The position numbers were made by a program, and so were the translations under genes. From the NCBI GenBank assembly GCA_001244265.2, contig CDLV01000004.1, positions 1,178,001-1,242,000 on the forward strand: a stretch of 64,000 nucleotides of DNA, given 5' to 3'. Position 1 is the stretch's first letter. Every line of letters starts with the position of its first letter. This stretch comes from Microbotryum violaceum (lineage: Eukaryota). The notes below the pieces were generated by a model that was given only the letters and a program-made list of their open reading frames with translations, did no database searches and was not told the DNA's origin. Positions 31,757 to 44,040 of the stretch are shown piece after piece.

Positions 31757-34513
31757 GTATCTTCTCTTCGGCGGCATGGCGACGCCGAGTCAAGTGCATG
31801 AGCAAGAGGACGAACGCGAGCCGTGGGGTCTGTACAGTCGATGGCGACGCTACAATGAGCTGTAGCGAAAGCAACGAGGTGAGGCGGCGAGTCAAGTGGA
31901 AGGTCCTTCGCGTGTTGCGCTAGGCCTCCGCGCGCGTGGCCGACTGCCGACTGCCGTCAACGCGTGTGCTCGGACCCTTCGATCTCGAGGTACACGAGAC
32001 TCACGCGGGAAAACAAAAAGGCAAAGAGAGACAAGAGACAGAGGAAAAAAGGAAAAAAAACGACTGCGCAAGGTCTCGGTCATGACTCATGACTCATGGC
32101 ATGGCATGACTTGCCTCCAACCCAGTGGACAGAGAAAGGTCTCTTGAATCTCATTTGGAGCCATCAGCTCTTCTGCACCCACCTAGCTGAGCCTGCTGCT
32201 GTTACTGCTGCAGCGCTGCAGCGCTGCTTATTGTGCTTAACCCTGAGGCCGGCCTCGAGTTCCGCCTGGATTTGCCTCTTTTCCTCTTGCCACTGTCTGC
32301 CCCTCGCCTCTCCTAATAAACATGAACGGATCGACATCTGGCTCGACCGACGATTTGTTCAGCTTGGCCTTGAATTCCGATATGGCCTCTTATTTTGGCG
32401 CTGCAACTGCTGGCGATGCACCCCTTTTGGTACAACAACGTATCGAGCGCGTGCTGGGGCGAGCGCCCGACTGTTCTTAGGCCCATTCGCGCCCTCAACC
32501 TCAAGCTCCACTCACTCCAGCTCAACAGCTCGAAATGATGAACATGATGATAACGCTCCACAAGATAAACAACAACTTGCTGCCATGGCTGCCAAAATCG
32601 AAGCTCGCCGAGCCGATCTACGCTCAATTGAACAACGCGCGATGGCTTTCGGCAAGACGGAAGCTAGGGTCGCGGCTGACAAACGAGGTCCAGCAGCAAA
32701 TCTGGAGCTGATCAACTCTCACCACCTGGGTCTAGAGGAAACAGGTCAGTCTCGTCGATTCACGTTGGCCGTTTGCCGTCCCTTGTTCCGTGTCCCATTG
32801 CTGATCTCTCGGCTCTCGCTTTCGTAGACTAGATCCGGGACAATGTGCCTTAGGCTTACGTTAACGACTGGTCATCCCTTCAAATCCGGCTCGACTCTTT
32901 CCACATCCTCAAGTCGTCCCTCGTCTACCCCTCGGGTTCGAGCTCAACTCTTTTGCAGTCTTCGAGTCGCGCCTCGACCACCCGTCATCCAGCTCCCGCC
33001 GCGCCATTGCCCGACCCGGCTTTTAGCCGATCGACCTCGAGCGACGCAAGGACATCGCGATCATCTCCGGTACATGCGAATGATCGCAATGGGGGTGGGC
33101 TCTTGACACCAGCGGCACGCTCGGCGCGTGGCTGGCTGAGTGGCGCTCAGCTAGGGCTCGATAAATCCTCTTCGCACGCCCCCTCCCCCTCCCCGCCGAA
33201 GCGATGCACTTGATGCCCGCTAGTAAGGAGGAGAGCAGGAAGGGCAAGGGCGTGCAAAGATTCGCAAGTGGGGAGCAAGCAGAAGAAGAGGAAGACTGGG
33301 GGAAGAGCGCAAGTGTTGATCTGCCAGGACGACGACGACAACAAAGCGAGCGAGGATGAATCACCTTCGTCGGGACTTTCGGAATCGAGTGCGGAGAGGC
33401 GTCAAGTTCGGGACATCCTTGCGGGGAAGCAAAGGATTCAGGAGATGATTCTAAGTTCGGATCCGAAGAGGGATCAGAGGAGAAAACGTTACCTCCGCCA
33501 CCGAACTTTGGTCCGGAGCGACAGCCAAGGCAGGTGATTGAGCAGCAGATGCAATCACTTGCCGACTCAAGGGAACCTGCTACCGCTAGCTCTTCGACCG
33601 AAACTCCAGAAGATCTCACTCGCCTTGCTACCCCGCCTTGTCGAACGCGCCTTCGGAGATTTTTCCCCCTCGACGCTTGGAACGAACCTCTCGTCCCCGC
33701 GGCCACGAGACTAACCATGCGTTGTAGACTAGCGAGTTCGGATTGAAACTATAGACATTAATTTGTAACATGTACCAAATTTTGACTCTTGTGCGAGACA
33801 GAGACGATCGGCGCATCGGCGACACTGCGCGGCTGTCACTTTGTCACTCGGACGAGGCCCAGCTTGGACCATCAACTCCAGCTAGCGAGCGATAGGGTAT
33901 AATTTGAAAAGCTGTCACATTGCAAGGTTCTCTTCCGACCATCGAACAGCCACCAAATACTTCCGCTGCGCCTCCTCAACCTCAAGAGCATTAGATTGGA
34001 AATGAACTCGAATCTCTTCGAATAGGGCTGTCTTGGCTTCTTCGTCCAGCCGTCCAGCAGTTCGTGGCCGATTTTCGTTCCTAGGGCATGCTGATCGCCG
34101 TCTTAAAGGTGGGTGAGAACAGGCAGCAACGTAGCCATCTCGGGGCGTTGGGCACTCAAGGGGACCGAAGCAGACGAAGACTCGTCACCTCTCAGCCACT
34201 CGGCGACTCAGAGCTTCAGAGCTCCCGACTGCTCCCGACTGCTCCTCCCGACTGCTCCCGAGGGGCAACGTCCGAGTCGAGGCCTTTTTTTTTTCTTTTT
34301 TCTTTTTTTTTTCTCGCGCGACGCGCAGGTTTCTTTTTTCTTTTTTCAGCGGCGCTCGTGTTAGCAAAGGCGCCTCATACAAAGGCGCCTCATACCTGGC
34401 TGGGCGGGGAGAAAGCGCGCGTCACTCTTTGAGACAAGTCCTGGCGCTCACTTACTGTGAGCTTATCGACTCTCGTCGTGTGCGCTCGCCTCAGATACAG
34501 GATCAGGTCCATC

Positions 34514-36575
34514 ATGTCCGTAGCAAGCTCCTCCCTGAGGACAACACGGAGGCTCTTGGTCGATACGAGGTCAGTCTAGTGCATCGATCTCCACACGTTC
34601 TACCTCCGCAAGGCTCGATTCGTACGGGGAAAAATCTCCGATCCAGCATCCAATTACATCGATCCGCACACGCACCAGAGTGGATCGCCGTTCTCTTCCG
34701 CCCAGTTATATGAGCTCATGTGATCTGAGACGCTCTACAAGCTCTACAACGCCTCCCCTCGAGCCGTCCACCGCTTCGCAGCCCATCGAGCTCACACACG
34801 TCTTGCGTCTCCCGATCCACTACAGGACACTGACGCATCACCTGACTCGATCGTCCACAGTTTGGCCCATGCTTCATACTCTGCGATCACCTCAACGAGC
34901 TCGCTCTTCCTCGCTCGACCCCTCGTCAGGTATGTCTCGTCTTCCCCTTGCGGGCTCAGTCCTGCTTGACGACGAGTTCCCAGCCGTGAGCCCTTGCTGA
35001 CCTGGAGGTCGCACCCTTTTTTCCAGATCCTTCTCCGCGTCTACCTCATCCTCCTCAACGCGAGCACTTGTCATCTCAGGTCGAAGGAATTGGGAACCGT
35101 TGAGCAAAGCCGGCATCTCGGCTCGTCGAGGATTCGCATCCAGCTCCATCAGTGCAGGTTGGATTCCTTCGTTTCAGTGGCGTAGCAATCCTGCGGCCAC
35201 CGAAGTGACATCAGCGAGTAACGGTACTGGTTTCGTTCCCGAGCATTCTGCGGCTGTACCCACACCAGGTGCCGTCGACATCGTTACGCCGTCCCCGGCG
35301 ATACCTTCGACAACGACGCCCGCGGAGCCTTCCGTTTTAGCAGCGGCTACAGCCCCACCACAGACAGCATCTACCGCCGCCGAAGCCGTCAACACATCCG
35401 CAGATGCTGCTGCGACTGCGACCGAGCCCACCTTCTATCTCCCTGGCGACTCGCACATCTTTTCCGGAACGCTTGATCTCACTTCCCTGGCTGGATCATG
35501 GGGTCCCCACCCTATCCAGCGTCTCCAATCTATGTTCCTCCACCTCCACGAATCGTTTCCCTTGATCGCACCAACGACCGGTCTCCCATGGTACATCCTC
35601 ATCCCGACGGTGACGATCGGTTTGCGCATGCTCCTCTTTTGGTTCCAAGTCCGCGCCAACGCCAACGCCGCTCGTCTGGCCATCATTCAACCCCAGCTGT
35701 TGGCCGGGATGGAAAAGGTCAAACAGGCCAAAGCTCGCAACGACATGACTAGTGCTCAAGCCGCGCAAATGGAGACGGCGGCGTTGATGAAGAGGCACAA
35801 GCTCAACCCGATCAAGAATCTCGTCTTCCCTTTGACGCAGGGCACGGTCTTTATGGTCATGTTCTTTGCTTTGAAGGGCTTGGCGAATGCCGGTTTGCCC
35901 TCGATGGCACAGGAGGGTTTCGGATGGGTGCAGGACCTGACGCAGCGTGATCCGACGTGGGCGCTGCCGATCGCTTCGAGTGCTCTGACGTTGGCAACCC
36001 TGGAACTAGGCGTCGACAAGACGATGACGGTGCAAACGACGACGACCAAGAACATGAAGATGGTGTTCCGCTTCTTGCTCGTTATCTCGATTCCCTTCAT
36101 CGGTTACTTCCCCGCCGCACTCTTGTTGTTCTGGTGCACCAACAACTCCATCTCGTTGCTCCAATCCCAAATCCTTAAACTCGAACCCGTCAGAGCCTTC
36201 TTCAACATCCCAACACCGCCTCCCAAGGCTTTACCTGGTCAAAAGGGTTACATCAAAGAACCTTCTTTCTCTGAAGCGTTCAAAAACATGCAAACTGCGA
36301 CCAAGGAGATGTCGGAGCAAGCGGCTGAGAAATCGAGGGCCCATAAGGAGTCCAAGAACAAAGACGGGCAACAGCTCCCCAGGGCCGAAATGTACGTCCC
36401 GACGAACCATAGCAGCAAAATTGGTAAGGTTGAGGAGATCGCGAGGAGTTTGACGCCCGATGGGGCGCTCAAGGGTGCCAAGGGCGTGACCAGGGCCGAG
36501 TCGCTTATTGAATTGCAGGATGAGAAGATCAGGAGGGTGCAGGCTGCGAGGGAACGCAGGCACAAGATGAAGTAG
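34514..36575 (+). CDS. OXA1: mitochondrial inner-membrane insertase Oxa1 (YidC/Oxa1/Alb3 family)
   Basis: Predicted exons 34514-34569, 34861-34929, 35027-36575 give an open frame with an R/S-rich presequence (MSVASSSLRTTRRLL); GLPWYILIPTVTIGLRMLL, GFGWVQDLTQRDPTWALP, PAALLLFWCTNN; basic C-terminal tail. Confidence 0.92.
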
Positions 36576-39379
36576 TAGATATGGCCCTATCGAACGACAC
36601 GAAATGTATCCACTTTCATAATTACTAGTCCAGGCAAAACGACTCGTGCTGTGGCGTGGCAAATACCTAGTTCCCCGCGTTTGTCAAGGCGGGAGGGAGA
36701 CATGTCCCTCAGGCGCAGTCAGACCTGACAAGTCCCAAACTAGTCCTGGTGTATTCGTCTAAGAGCACGGGCCGAACAACTGGTCACAAAATCCTAACGA
36801 AGCCTGCTTATTTTCATGCCCTTGTCTTTACTCTCGACCTTGCATTTGCCTCAACTTCCCGCATGAATTCGGACTCGCCGCTGCCGCCTCGAGCGCGCTA
36901 CATATTTAAACTCGAGAGAAACTTTGACGCCGACGAGTCTACCGCGTCGGTTTTCTCTGGAACTACCGTTCATCAACCTAAACAAGGCGCAAATCATCGG
37001 TGAGGTGATCCTGGATGGGGTATGGACGGCCTGTGTCCACTACAGCTCGAGCTGGCGCACATGCTCTCCGCCTCGCAATTTCAATGCCTCGAGAGCAGCG
37101 ATCGACAGGCAGTCGTCGCTACTAGGTCGAGGAGCGAAGGAGGGCCAGCCCTATTTGAGGTGGGCAGGGCACTTTCATCCGGCTTTTCGGAACACGCTCA
37201 GCCATGGGCTAAGTCTCGTTCAGGTCGCTGGACGGGAATTGTGGGGGTTCCCGCGGTAGAAGTCTTACGTACCCGCGAAGATCCGCTCGAATTTGGATAT
37301 GTGACGTACCCGGATCATGACGGGCTTGCAGGGTAGTACGCGGCTGTCCGTTAGAGGTGACCACTGATATGCAAGGTAGATGAGTGCGTCAACTCGGTAG
37401 AGAAGAGGAGGAAGGGCTGGAGGGAGGCGCTCGCTGTGATCGCGTCGTTTTGAACAGCGAGAGCGTAATGATAGGAGGACCCGGGAAAGCTCAGCCCAAT
37501 GTGCGTCTCGAAAAACGACGATTTTTGGCCGATTTGTACCTCGGGATGAGGTGTCTGAGGGGTCGATTTGTACGGATTTTCGGTCGCACCTTGAAAGAGT
37601 TCCGAAAACATGAAAAATTCAATGTGTGAAATTGCCCAAAAATCGCTCTCCAACAGCCAGAAATACGAAAAATCGCTCTGACGACCCGGTACTAATGTCG
37701 CGTCCGCTTTGACAGCCGGCCGCTTGGACCTGCGAAGATCCCGACCGCTTATCGGCTTGGCTCCCTCCGTCTGCATAATACCCCTCTCCTCGCCAGCATG
37801 CGCAAGTCCCTTACGAATCGGGGCCAACGACGCTGCAAGAACCCCTTTGAAGCTTTTCAGCTGGTAATATCGCGCTTGCGCCTGTGGGTCCAGGACTCGC
37901 CAAGTGTGGCCGTCGAAGCCAAAACCAGCTGGGGGCTCAGCGGTCTGCATGCTCGAGTTGTAGGTGTCAAGGCAGCTGACGACCCGGTGACCATTCAAGA
38001 AGAAGATTCGAGGTTGGCCGCGGCTGTTGCAATTGGTGCAGACTCCGGAACTGGCTTGCGTAGGAAAGAGCTCCTGAATCACGATGTTGGAGACGAGCCC
38101 GAGGGATCCGGTGCTCTCAACACTGCAGTGAGGCCTTGCTGGTGACAGCTTTGTGTAAATATAGCGCACTGTGGTGCATGCAGACGCCGACATGATGAGC
38201 AACTTTTCTCAATTGCAGTGAGGGGTTCGAAATGCAACAAGCAAGGCGTTTGTGAGACTCACCATATCCGAGGGCAAGTCCCTCTCCGTTGCGAATCTTG
38301 AGGTCAAGTTCACACAGCTTTGTGTGTGATGTAGTCCAAAGACAACTAAGGAGCCGATCTTCAATGGATTCTTGGCCGATACGGAGCCATTGCTTGCGCC
38401 GAGGTGTGGATGTTGCTGGTCGAGCTGTCGGTAGCGAACGGCCCGAGCTCCTATCCCTTTCTATTCAACATCGCAGCAAGATGTTAATTCAGAAAAAGGC
38501 AGAATTCTGCATACATGTGATCTTGCGTCCTGCGTGTTTTGCCTTGTTTCGACTTCGTGTTCGGTCATCTCTCGACCGGCCGTTCCACCCCGGGTCCAAC
38601 GGACATTCCGAGACATTCCCGTGAGTTTCCGCCAACGCTCATCATTTGTGGATTCAAGGAGACCGCACAAAATAGCCGAATGAACAGCAGCATGTGATCC
38701 TTGAGGCGATTGATTCGATCCGTTGGAGTCAGAAGCTGTGGATGATAACGCGGCGGATTGCCGATCTCTTTTGTAAAATGGCTTTGAGATGGTCGCATTA
38801 GTGAGCATTCCGATGAGCCTTAAGTTGATCGAGCAATAACTCGGCTCCGCGCTGGCTTCGTTGTGCTAGACCACCTCAAGGTAGCATATCGACCTGAAGA
38901 TAGTGGGCAATGAGAACAATAATCTCAGTCCCCAAAATCGACCATGCAGTGGCCACAGGCACCCGTTAATAATTTACCTTGGCTTTTTCGTGCAAGCCCG
39001 CAGGTTGGAACTCAGCATAGTACTGGTTGAATTTTTCCTGCACCTTGTTCCCCTCCTCCGCCTCTGCTTTTTGCTGGCGAGCTTGGTCATAATGAGTCCG
39101 AATTGAGTCCCTGCAGAAAGGTCAGTTGTTCAGTCAGCTTCAAAGTTGACTTTAGCAAGACTCTTGACTGTCAGCTCACAGCATATCCTCAACATCAATG
39201 TTAACAGCTGTCAATGCGCAGATTGCGCTTTCAACTGCAGCTTGTTCCTCCAATTGAAGGGTGACCCTATCACAGGTAGTTCCGTTTCGAATTTGATCCA
39301 GTGCACGATCGACAAGCTCCGCCGGACTGGGGTCGTTGACGAATAAATCATGCGCATCTGATATATAATAGGCTGTGTG

Positions 39380-40670
39380 TCATTCACTACAGTGATTAGG
39401 AAGATACTTTGCAGACGACAGTTTCACTCTCACCTTCATCACCATGATGTCCTCTTGAAGATGATTTGGTGGGCGCGCTCCAGCCTTGACCAAGTTTGGC
39501 CACATCTTCGTCGCTTCGAGTAGATCACGAGCTAGTCGCGCGGCTTCTCGGCTTGCTTGTATGATCTGTGCATCCGAAGGATACGAGCCAAGAGCCGAAA
39601 GACCGATTGCGGTTGTGTCGTCATACGAGGCATTCACTTGAAGCGAGAAGTCCATGAGCAACAAAAGTTTGAATGCTGCCTGCACAGTAGAATAGCCTAG
39701 GGAGATTAGATCTGATCTCACAACAAAAGAATGATCAGCTCAGAGCGCGTCCCCTCACTTGAAGAAAATCTAGGGCGTCAAATTCCGGGACAATCTTCCG
39801 TAGGCTGTCGAAAAAGTGCTCGACCATCTCCGTGCCATGGCGCCAGGGTAGAAAAACTTCGAATGGCCAATAATCGCGATAGTTGCGAATGAGTGCGATC
39901 CAGCAATTGACCACCTTGTAGACGCCATCCAGAGTCGCTGCGCTGAGGAAATGATCACCAGAGTACTCGGGGAAGACTCTGACAAACTTGGACCACCTTT
40001 CAAATGCATAGAAAACGGTGAGAAGCATCTTCACCCTTTCTAGTGGTTGTAAAGAGCGGTTCTGTATGGCGTCATGTAGCTCTCCACAGAGGAAAAGGAA
40101 GACGACTGCATCTTGGTCCAGATTGCCGGTGTTGCACTCGTCCGCAGCCAGTTCGAGAGTAGCAGCTGAGAAGGCTCTGTGAGCGGCGTTGTTGTCTTGT
40201 CGATCACGTTTCTCCACGTCACGGTTGTATAGTGTCTTTCGACTCGAATCTTCGACCCTGATGAGCGTCAAGAAGTCTTGATGCCCGACGCAGCCGGTTC
40301 CTCCAATAATGGCCCGCCCTCCGGAATTGGAAGAGTTGAGGAGATTCTTGCCAACGACCCATAGCAGTTGGGGTGGTTCCGATCCAAAGCGATGAGATCT
40401 CCACGGGGGAGAAAACAGATGACGACAAAGAGGGTGGTGGGATCTTCCAGGCTGCCTGTTGGTTCGACGACTTCCGCTCAAAGATTGCGGCGACCTCACG
40501 CTGAATGTCACCTTCTGTTGCCGCGCCATCTGCCGATATGGAAGCCAGCATGTCCGAAAGCTTGCATCTTTCGATCGTTTACAATATATCAACCATCTGC
40601 GCCACGCTTGCAGATGTACCAACCTTGTTGCCAATGACAAATGCGGCGAATAATCGAGCTCGTGCTCCAA
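39380..40670 (-). pseudogene. putative P-element/THAP9-like DDE transposase, fungal type, partial
   Basis: LYNRDVEKRDRQDNNAAHRAFS, FLCGELHDAIQNR, LPWRHGTEMVEHFFDSLRK resemble the A..LFS and E.FF...R blocks of P-type transposases; intron near 39690-39758; possible terminus with short repeats (GATTTGTAC x2, AAAATCGCTCT x2) at ~37475-37700. Confidence 0.55.
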
Positions 40671-40798
40671 GTTGGTTTGGGACTACCATATAAACTCGAA
40701 TCTGTAGTACTAGCAAAGAACGTCAGAGAGATAGCTGAAGCCGGGCGGGAGAAAGCACCGTCCGCCCACCTTTGTGCCTGCCACGGGAGGATCGGCCC

Positions 40799-40987
40799 TG
40801 TTAGAAGTGGGGTCTGAGAGCCTAACTCATTTCTATTAGTATTGGTTGATACTTTATTCTGCGCGCGCACCTATCTTTGTCTTTGCGTCTTTTTTCCTTC
40901 TGGGTTCCTTCTCCACGCTATTCTCATCATCTCACTCGTGTATCTCAGAGCTGAGTCGTGGAGTACCTCTTAGTCCTTGTTGCAACA
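40799..40987 (+). mobile_element. 189-bp solo LTR of the 50884-55661 copia family (short form)
   Basis: TGTTAG...GCAACA, perfect TSD GGCCC; matches 55473-55661. Confidence 0.95.
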
Positions 40988-41040
40988 GGCCCCACCAAAG
41001 AGGGCTTGAAGAGCCTCAGACGTATCGTAGGGAATGGGAT

Positions 41041-41196
41041 TGTTGGGATCAGCAATGATCCCGAAATGATCAACTAAAGAAGAAGAACGGCTGGACCAGG
41101 AGTCGAACCTGGGTCGCTTCCATTAATTGGAAATGCTTTGACCACTAAGCTATCCGGCCCCCAATATCAGTGCAAGGTCTACTAACACCTCCAACA
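41041..41196 (-). mobile_element. 156-bp solo LTR containing a tRNA-like Pol III cassette (second copy)
   Basis: TGTTGG...CCAACA ends, perfect TSD GGGAT; tRNA-like part 41089-41159 with A box TAGCTTAGTGG and B box GGTTCGACTCC. Confidence 0.9.
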
Positions 41197-41284
41197 GGGA
41201 TTGCCTTCCATACCAACCAGCTCGTCGAAATCGCGCCACCCGCCACCTTTGAAGCTACAAGTGATACATCAGCCTACATTAGCA

Positions 41285-41919
41285 TGGAGACCGGCGACAC
41301 CGGCCCACCCCCACCATCGGCGTCCGCGGCGACGAGCGTCCCGATTGGGACAAAGGAGACGCAAGTCCCTATTGCCGCCACGACCTACGCCACCGCTGCG
41401 ATTCAAAAGACCAAGCAAACTCCCGAGCAGCAGACCCAACAACAACACCGTGCCAAGGCTTTGACCCAAATGTTCGAAGTCATGGGTGCTGTACCGGGCA
41501 ATCGCACCAACCGGTGGTTGCAAGCCACCTTTGCCACAGACGAGTACCCTGTCGCTACCGCTACATCGCTCAAGTATTCGGCTCTCAACGCCAATCGATC
41601 CATTCGAAACATCTTCGACTTTGCTCTCGACGTCACTTTGACCGTCCAAGGCGCCTCGAAGGCCTCTCCCGCGGACAAGGCCGATCTGCTCGGTTGCGTC
41701 ACGAGTCTGCTCTCCCCGCAATCGCCCCTGTGCTTCGACACCGAGGTCACCCTTCCCGAGCACCTTGCGGCGTTTGCGCCCCAGATTAGAGGTATCCAAT
41801 ACTCGTCTTTTGTCAGGGCCGGTGTGGTCAACCACCGTATCTCTGTGGGATTTGTTTCGGCGAAGGCACGTGACTCGGCGCTTATGGCCCCACTGGCGCT
41901 TACTTGGGGTGACGAGTAG
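41285..41919 (+). pseudogene. LINE ORF1-like fragment (second family)
   Basis: RAKALTQMFEVMGAVPGNRTNRWL resembles KAFQNACRVLQIVPSSKLTRRL of the ORF1 at 42368 and 59355. Confidence 0.45.
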
Positions 41920-42348
41920 CTGGGGCTTGGCTGCGGCCTGTTAGTCCCTGGGGACCTCTACCTCCGGCTTCGACCCCCTCCCTTGGCCCCTCGGGTGTGT
42001 TCCCCTCCTCTCTTTCTTAGTATTCCTGGTTTTCCATATCCCCAGTCGTGACTTTCTGTATACTCTCCCCCTTCTTTCTCTAGGCGCTCTTGCCTGGTTT
42101 TTGAGTATCTTTGCTCCCGCTCTTGGGATGTGAAGCGGCAGCAGTACTCACCACCTGTTGGAGTCCGTGTTAGGTGCTCGGCGGGCTTTGATCTGTGCAG
42201 CACTGTTTGCGCGCAGGGGTTTGACTTTCACCCAACTGCTTGCCGTCATTGCTTTATAACCTCCTTTAGCTCTTTTTGTAGCGGTCCCAGCCAGCCTGAA
42301 GGATAGCAATTTATGAGCCCCAGTCAAAAAACCCCCCCCCCCCCCCCC

Positions 42349-44040
42349 ACACACACACACGCAAAGTGTGTACAGTTGCCCACCAACCGCTTCAAGAGCT
42401 ACAGGACGACTACAAGAAGTGATGCCGGATCCGCCCGGCCCACCCTCGCACCCCCCCAACGCTCCGTGGGCTGGTGACGTGTTGAGAGATGAATCACTCA
42501 ACACGGAAACCCGTGAGATGTTCACTGGAGGAACCAATAATCCTCCAGCCTGGTCCGCCGTGGCAACTCAGTCCAGAGCTGATCTTGGGAAAGCTTTTCA
42601 GAATGCCTGCAGGGTACTCCAGATCGTACCTTCTAGCAAACTGACCCGGCGACTGGTGGTGCTTGTGCACAATCCCTCGACGCCGGCTTCGCAAGCTCCA
42701 ACTCTTGCACGAGCCGCAAACCGACTGGTATGGAACGATGCGACTCCGGCCTCCAACAGCATCCATGTCATTATGGACACCCCCAGCTCACCCGTTTGGG
42801 CCGTCCAGACCGCAATCCGTAACCACTTTGGGATGGCTGAGACACTGTTGATGTTTGCGCGGCCCGAGGGGACGGTGCTCAAGCCCGAGGTCAAGAAGTT
42901 CTTCTTGAAATGTGTCAAGCTGAACTTTGTGGTGACAAAAGCCACCAAGAGGTTTCCCATCTCTTGCCACATGTACGAGCTCGTCTTTGAATCTGACCAG
43001 GCCTGTCTTGAAGCCACTGCAGCAGGTCCCTTCTACTATCATGGAAAGGAGATGGTCACCAAGCTCACGAGCACCTCCCTTTTGGACCGCATTGTTCAGA
43101 TGTGATTCACCCTCCCTCCTCAGTTCACGGCAATGCCCACCTCTGTTCTCCGCAAATCTCTCGATGACGCAGTCAATGCTTCGCTTGGTTGCGCTGGTCG
43201 TACGCAAGGTCATACCCTGATGCAATTACAGCGGGGCCTCGCGACCAATCCGACCGATCTGATGGCCATGACCGAAGATGGGTACCACTGCGCGTACCTT
43301 CGCTTACCTGCTGACCTCTTCCAAGGTTCGGCCGAGACGCAAAAGGCGGCACTCAACACCGCATTGCCCCACAAAATTGCGATCCTCGGTACCAAGTTCG
43401 GCTTGCGACACGAATTTGAGACGCACTACTGCGGCCTATGCAGTCGCGCTGGCCACAAATGGGGCACCTGCAGGAAGCCAGCGCTGACATCGGTCTCCGG
43501 CCCCTCTGCCCCTGTTCCAGGGGCCCGCACCTCGACTTTGACTCCGACTCCCACAGGCAGTTTCCGAGTCGCCGGAAAGAATGGAAAGCACGGCGGGCCT
43601 ACACCTCTGACCTCTCGTGCCTCCGGTACCAACATGATCCAGTTGGGTCCCCACACTAACCCTGCCACTGACCTAGCAAGCGCCAACAATACCAATGAGG
43701 ACAACAATATTGACGGCGCATCGGTTGCTTCCACCAAACTGGAGGGCAACAACACTGGAGACGCCACCTTGACAAACGCCACCGCTGGATCAGTGAACAG
43801 GACACAGACAACGGCGCAGGCGCCTGTTGCGAGCCCGGTTTTGACTTTGACTTCGTCTATGACGCCGCCCTCACCCTCGCCAATGGCTACGGGATCAACA
43901 CCGTCTTCGCCTTCAACCTCAACCTCGACATTGAGCCCAATTTTGACTTTGACTTTGTCTTTGCCTTTGTCTGGTGGCACATCAAGAACATTGCCAACCA
44001 CGACCTCCACAAGTCCAAGACGCCCCGCAACAGTTCGTTC
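42349..44040 (+). mobile_element. 5' part (ORF1) of L1/Tx1-like LINE, inverted near-identical copy of ~58384-60107
   Basis: ORFs 42368-43105 and 43133-44119 in the same frame; CGLCSRAGHKWGTC knuckle; cut at 44040 by a copia LTR. Confidence 0.85.

Larger units (their letters stand above)
29416..31777 (-). pseudogene. KDZ (Kyakuja-Dileera-Zisupton) transposase with CxC-like N-terminus, disrupted
   Basis: MPPKRRY start at 31777 split by a solo LTR; LAQLGF..P.TAFS (CxC-like), AYDGNFQQTR, LYDIAC, SVFHAYAHIWSCQ, GLTDGEGCER. Confidence 0.85.

Noticed and set aside
32006..34350. A-rich block (32006-32060) and T-rich block (34285-34350) as TIRs of one element
   Set aside because: Low-complexity similarity only, with no alignable unique sequence or TSD.
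36749..37340. Possible degraded gene downstream of OXA1
   Set aside because: Short frameshifted ORFs with no motif I can identify.
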